Shown in pieces: positions 23,763 to 24,000 of a DNA stretch of 24,000 nt. The stretch's first letter is position 1; each line of letters begins with the position of its first letter. The translations under genes and the position numbers were made by a program. The notes under the pieces are model-generated. The model was not told the origin of the DNA, made no database searches, and saw only the letters and a program-made list of their open reading frames with translations. The stretch is from Balneola sp. (GTDB lineage Bacteria; Bacteroidota; Rhodothermia; Balneolales; Balneolaceae): contig JBDVIC010000002.1 in NCBI GenBank assembly GCA_039962805.1, positions 132,263 through 156,262 of the forward strand, given 5' to 3'.

Positions 23763-24000
23763 TTACTTAATTAGTGTAAACTTCTGGGTATAAACGCTAG
23801 AACCTGTAGTAAGTCGATAGAAATAAACCCCACTTGCAAGATTTTGGGCTTCAAAATTTATGTTATACTTCCCAGCAGAGAGGTTTTCATTAATAAGAGT
23901 ACTTACTTTTCTACCTAAGATGTCATAAATAATTAGGCTCACTTTAGATTCTACGTCTAATCCAAATGGAATTGTGGTAGATGGATTAAACGGGTTAGGG
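23763..24000 (-). CDS. 3' end of a gene for a T9SS-secreted protein (Por-secretion C-terminal sorting domain); 5' part lies outside the window
   Basis: My own translation of the minus strand (not in the ORF track because no start is in the window): PNPFNPSTTIPFGLDVESKVSLIIYDILGRKVSTLINENLSAGKYNINFEAQNLASGVYFYRLTTGSSVYTQKFTLIK*. It matches the T9SS CTD pattern NPFNP-T-I-F-L-----v-l-iyDilGr-V--l-------G-------------sGvYfyrl---------K--l-K. Stop codon at 23763-23765. Confidence 0.8.
   Translation of the reverse strand, partial: PNPFNPSTTIPFGLDVESKVSLIIYDILGRKVSTLINENLSAGKYNINFEAQNLASGVYFYRLTTGSSVYTQKFTLIK

Noticed and set aside
1-24000. Search for CRISPR arrays, tRNA/rRNA genes, transposases, integrases or flanking direct repeats marking the cluster as a mobile island
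   Set aside because: None were recognised by eye. Intergenic spaces are mostly under 140 nt and lack tRNA-like T-loop motifs. The cluster is flanked by the pdh operon and a T9SS cargo gene, with no visible mobility genes.

Overview
AT-rich bacterial chromosomal window, probably from a Bacteroidota/FCB-group organism. Two clues support this: a T9SS-type C-terminal sorting domain at the right edge, and secreted proteins whose signal peptides end just before a Gln (the 'Q-rule'). Positions 1-12.5 kb are ordinary housekeeping and accessory genes: a MerC-like membrane protein, a D-amino-acid-oxidase-family flavoprotein, a lipoprotein, a stand-alone CheY-like receiver, a membrane protein with ~29-aa tandem repeats, a small OM beta-barrel, plant-type ferredoxin-NADP reductase, a DUF502-like membrane protein, alaS and the pdhA-pdhB-E2 pyruvate dehydrogenase operon. 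Positions 12.5-23.7 kb, all on the minus strand, hold a tightly packed 10-gene cluster that I consider the interesting system. It has four divergent DUF4402/spore-coat-U-like secreted subunits, a PapD-like periplasmic chaperone candidate and a 997-aa usher-position outer-membrane protein. These are followed directly by a membrane-anchored FliF-RBM/FliG-like fusion protein, a TPR lipoprotein, a 4-TM MotA-like protein and a MotB-like protein carrying an OmpA domain plus three SPOR-like repeats. No other flagellar genes are visible. My hypothesis is a trans-envelope, proton-motive-force-driven rotor/stator module coupled to a chaperone-usher-type surface fibre. All homology calls were made by eye from motifs; nothing was searched or computed. 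No rRNA, tRNA, CRISPR array, transposase or integrase was recognised.
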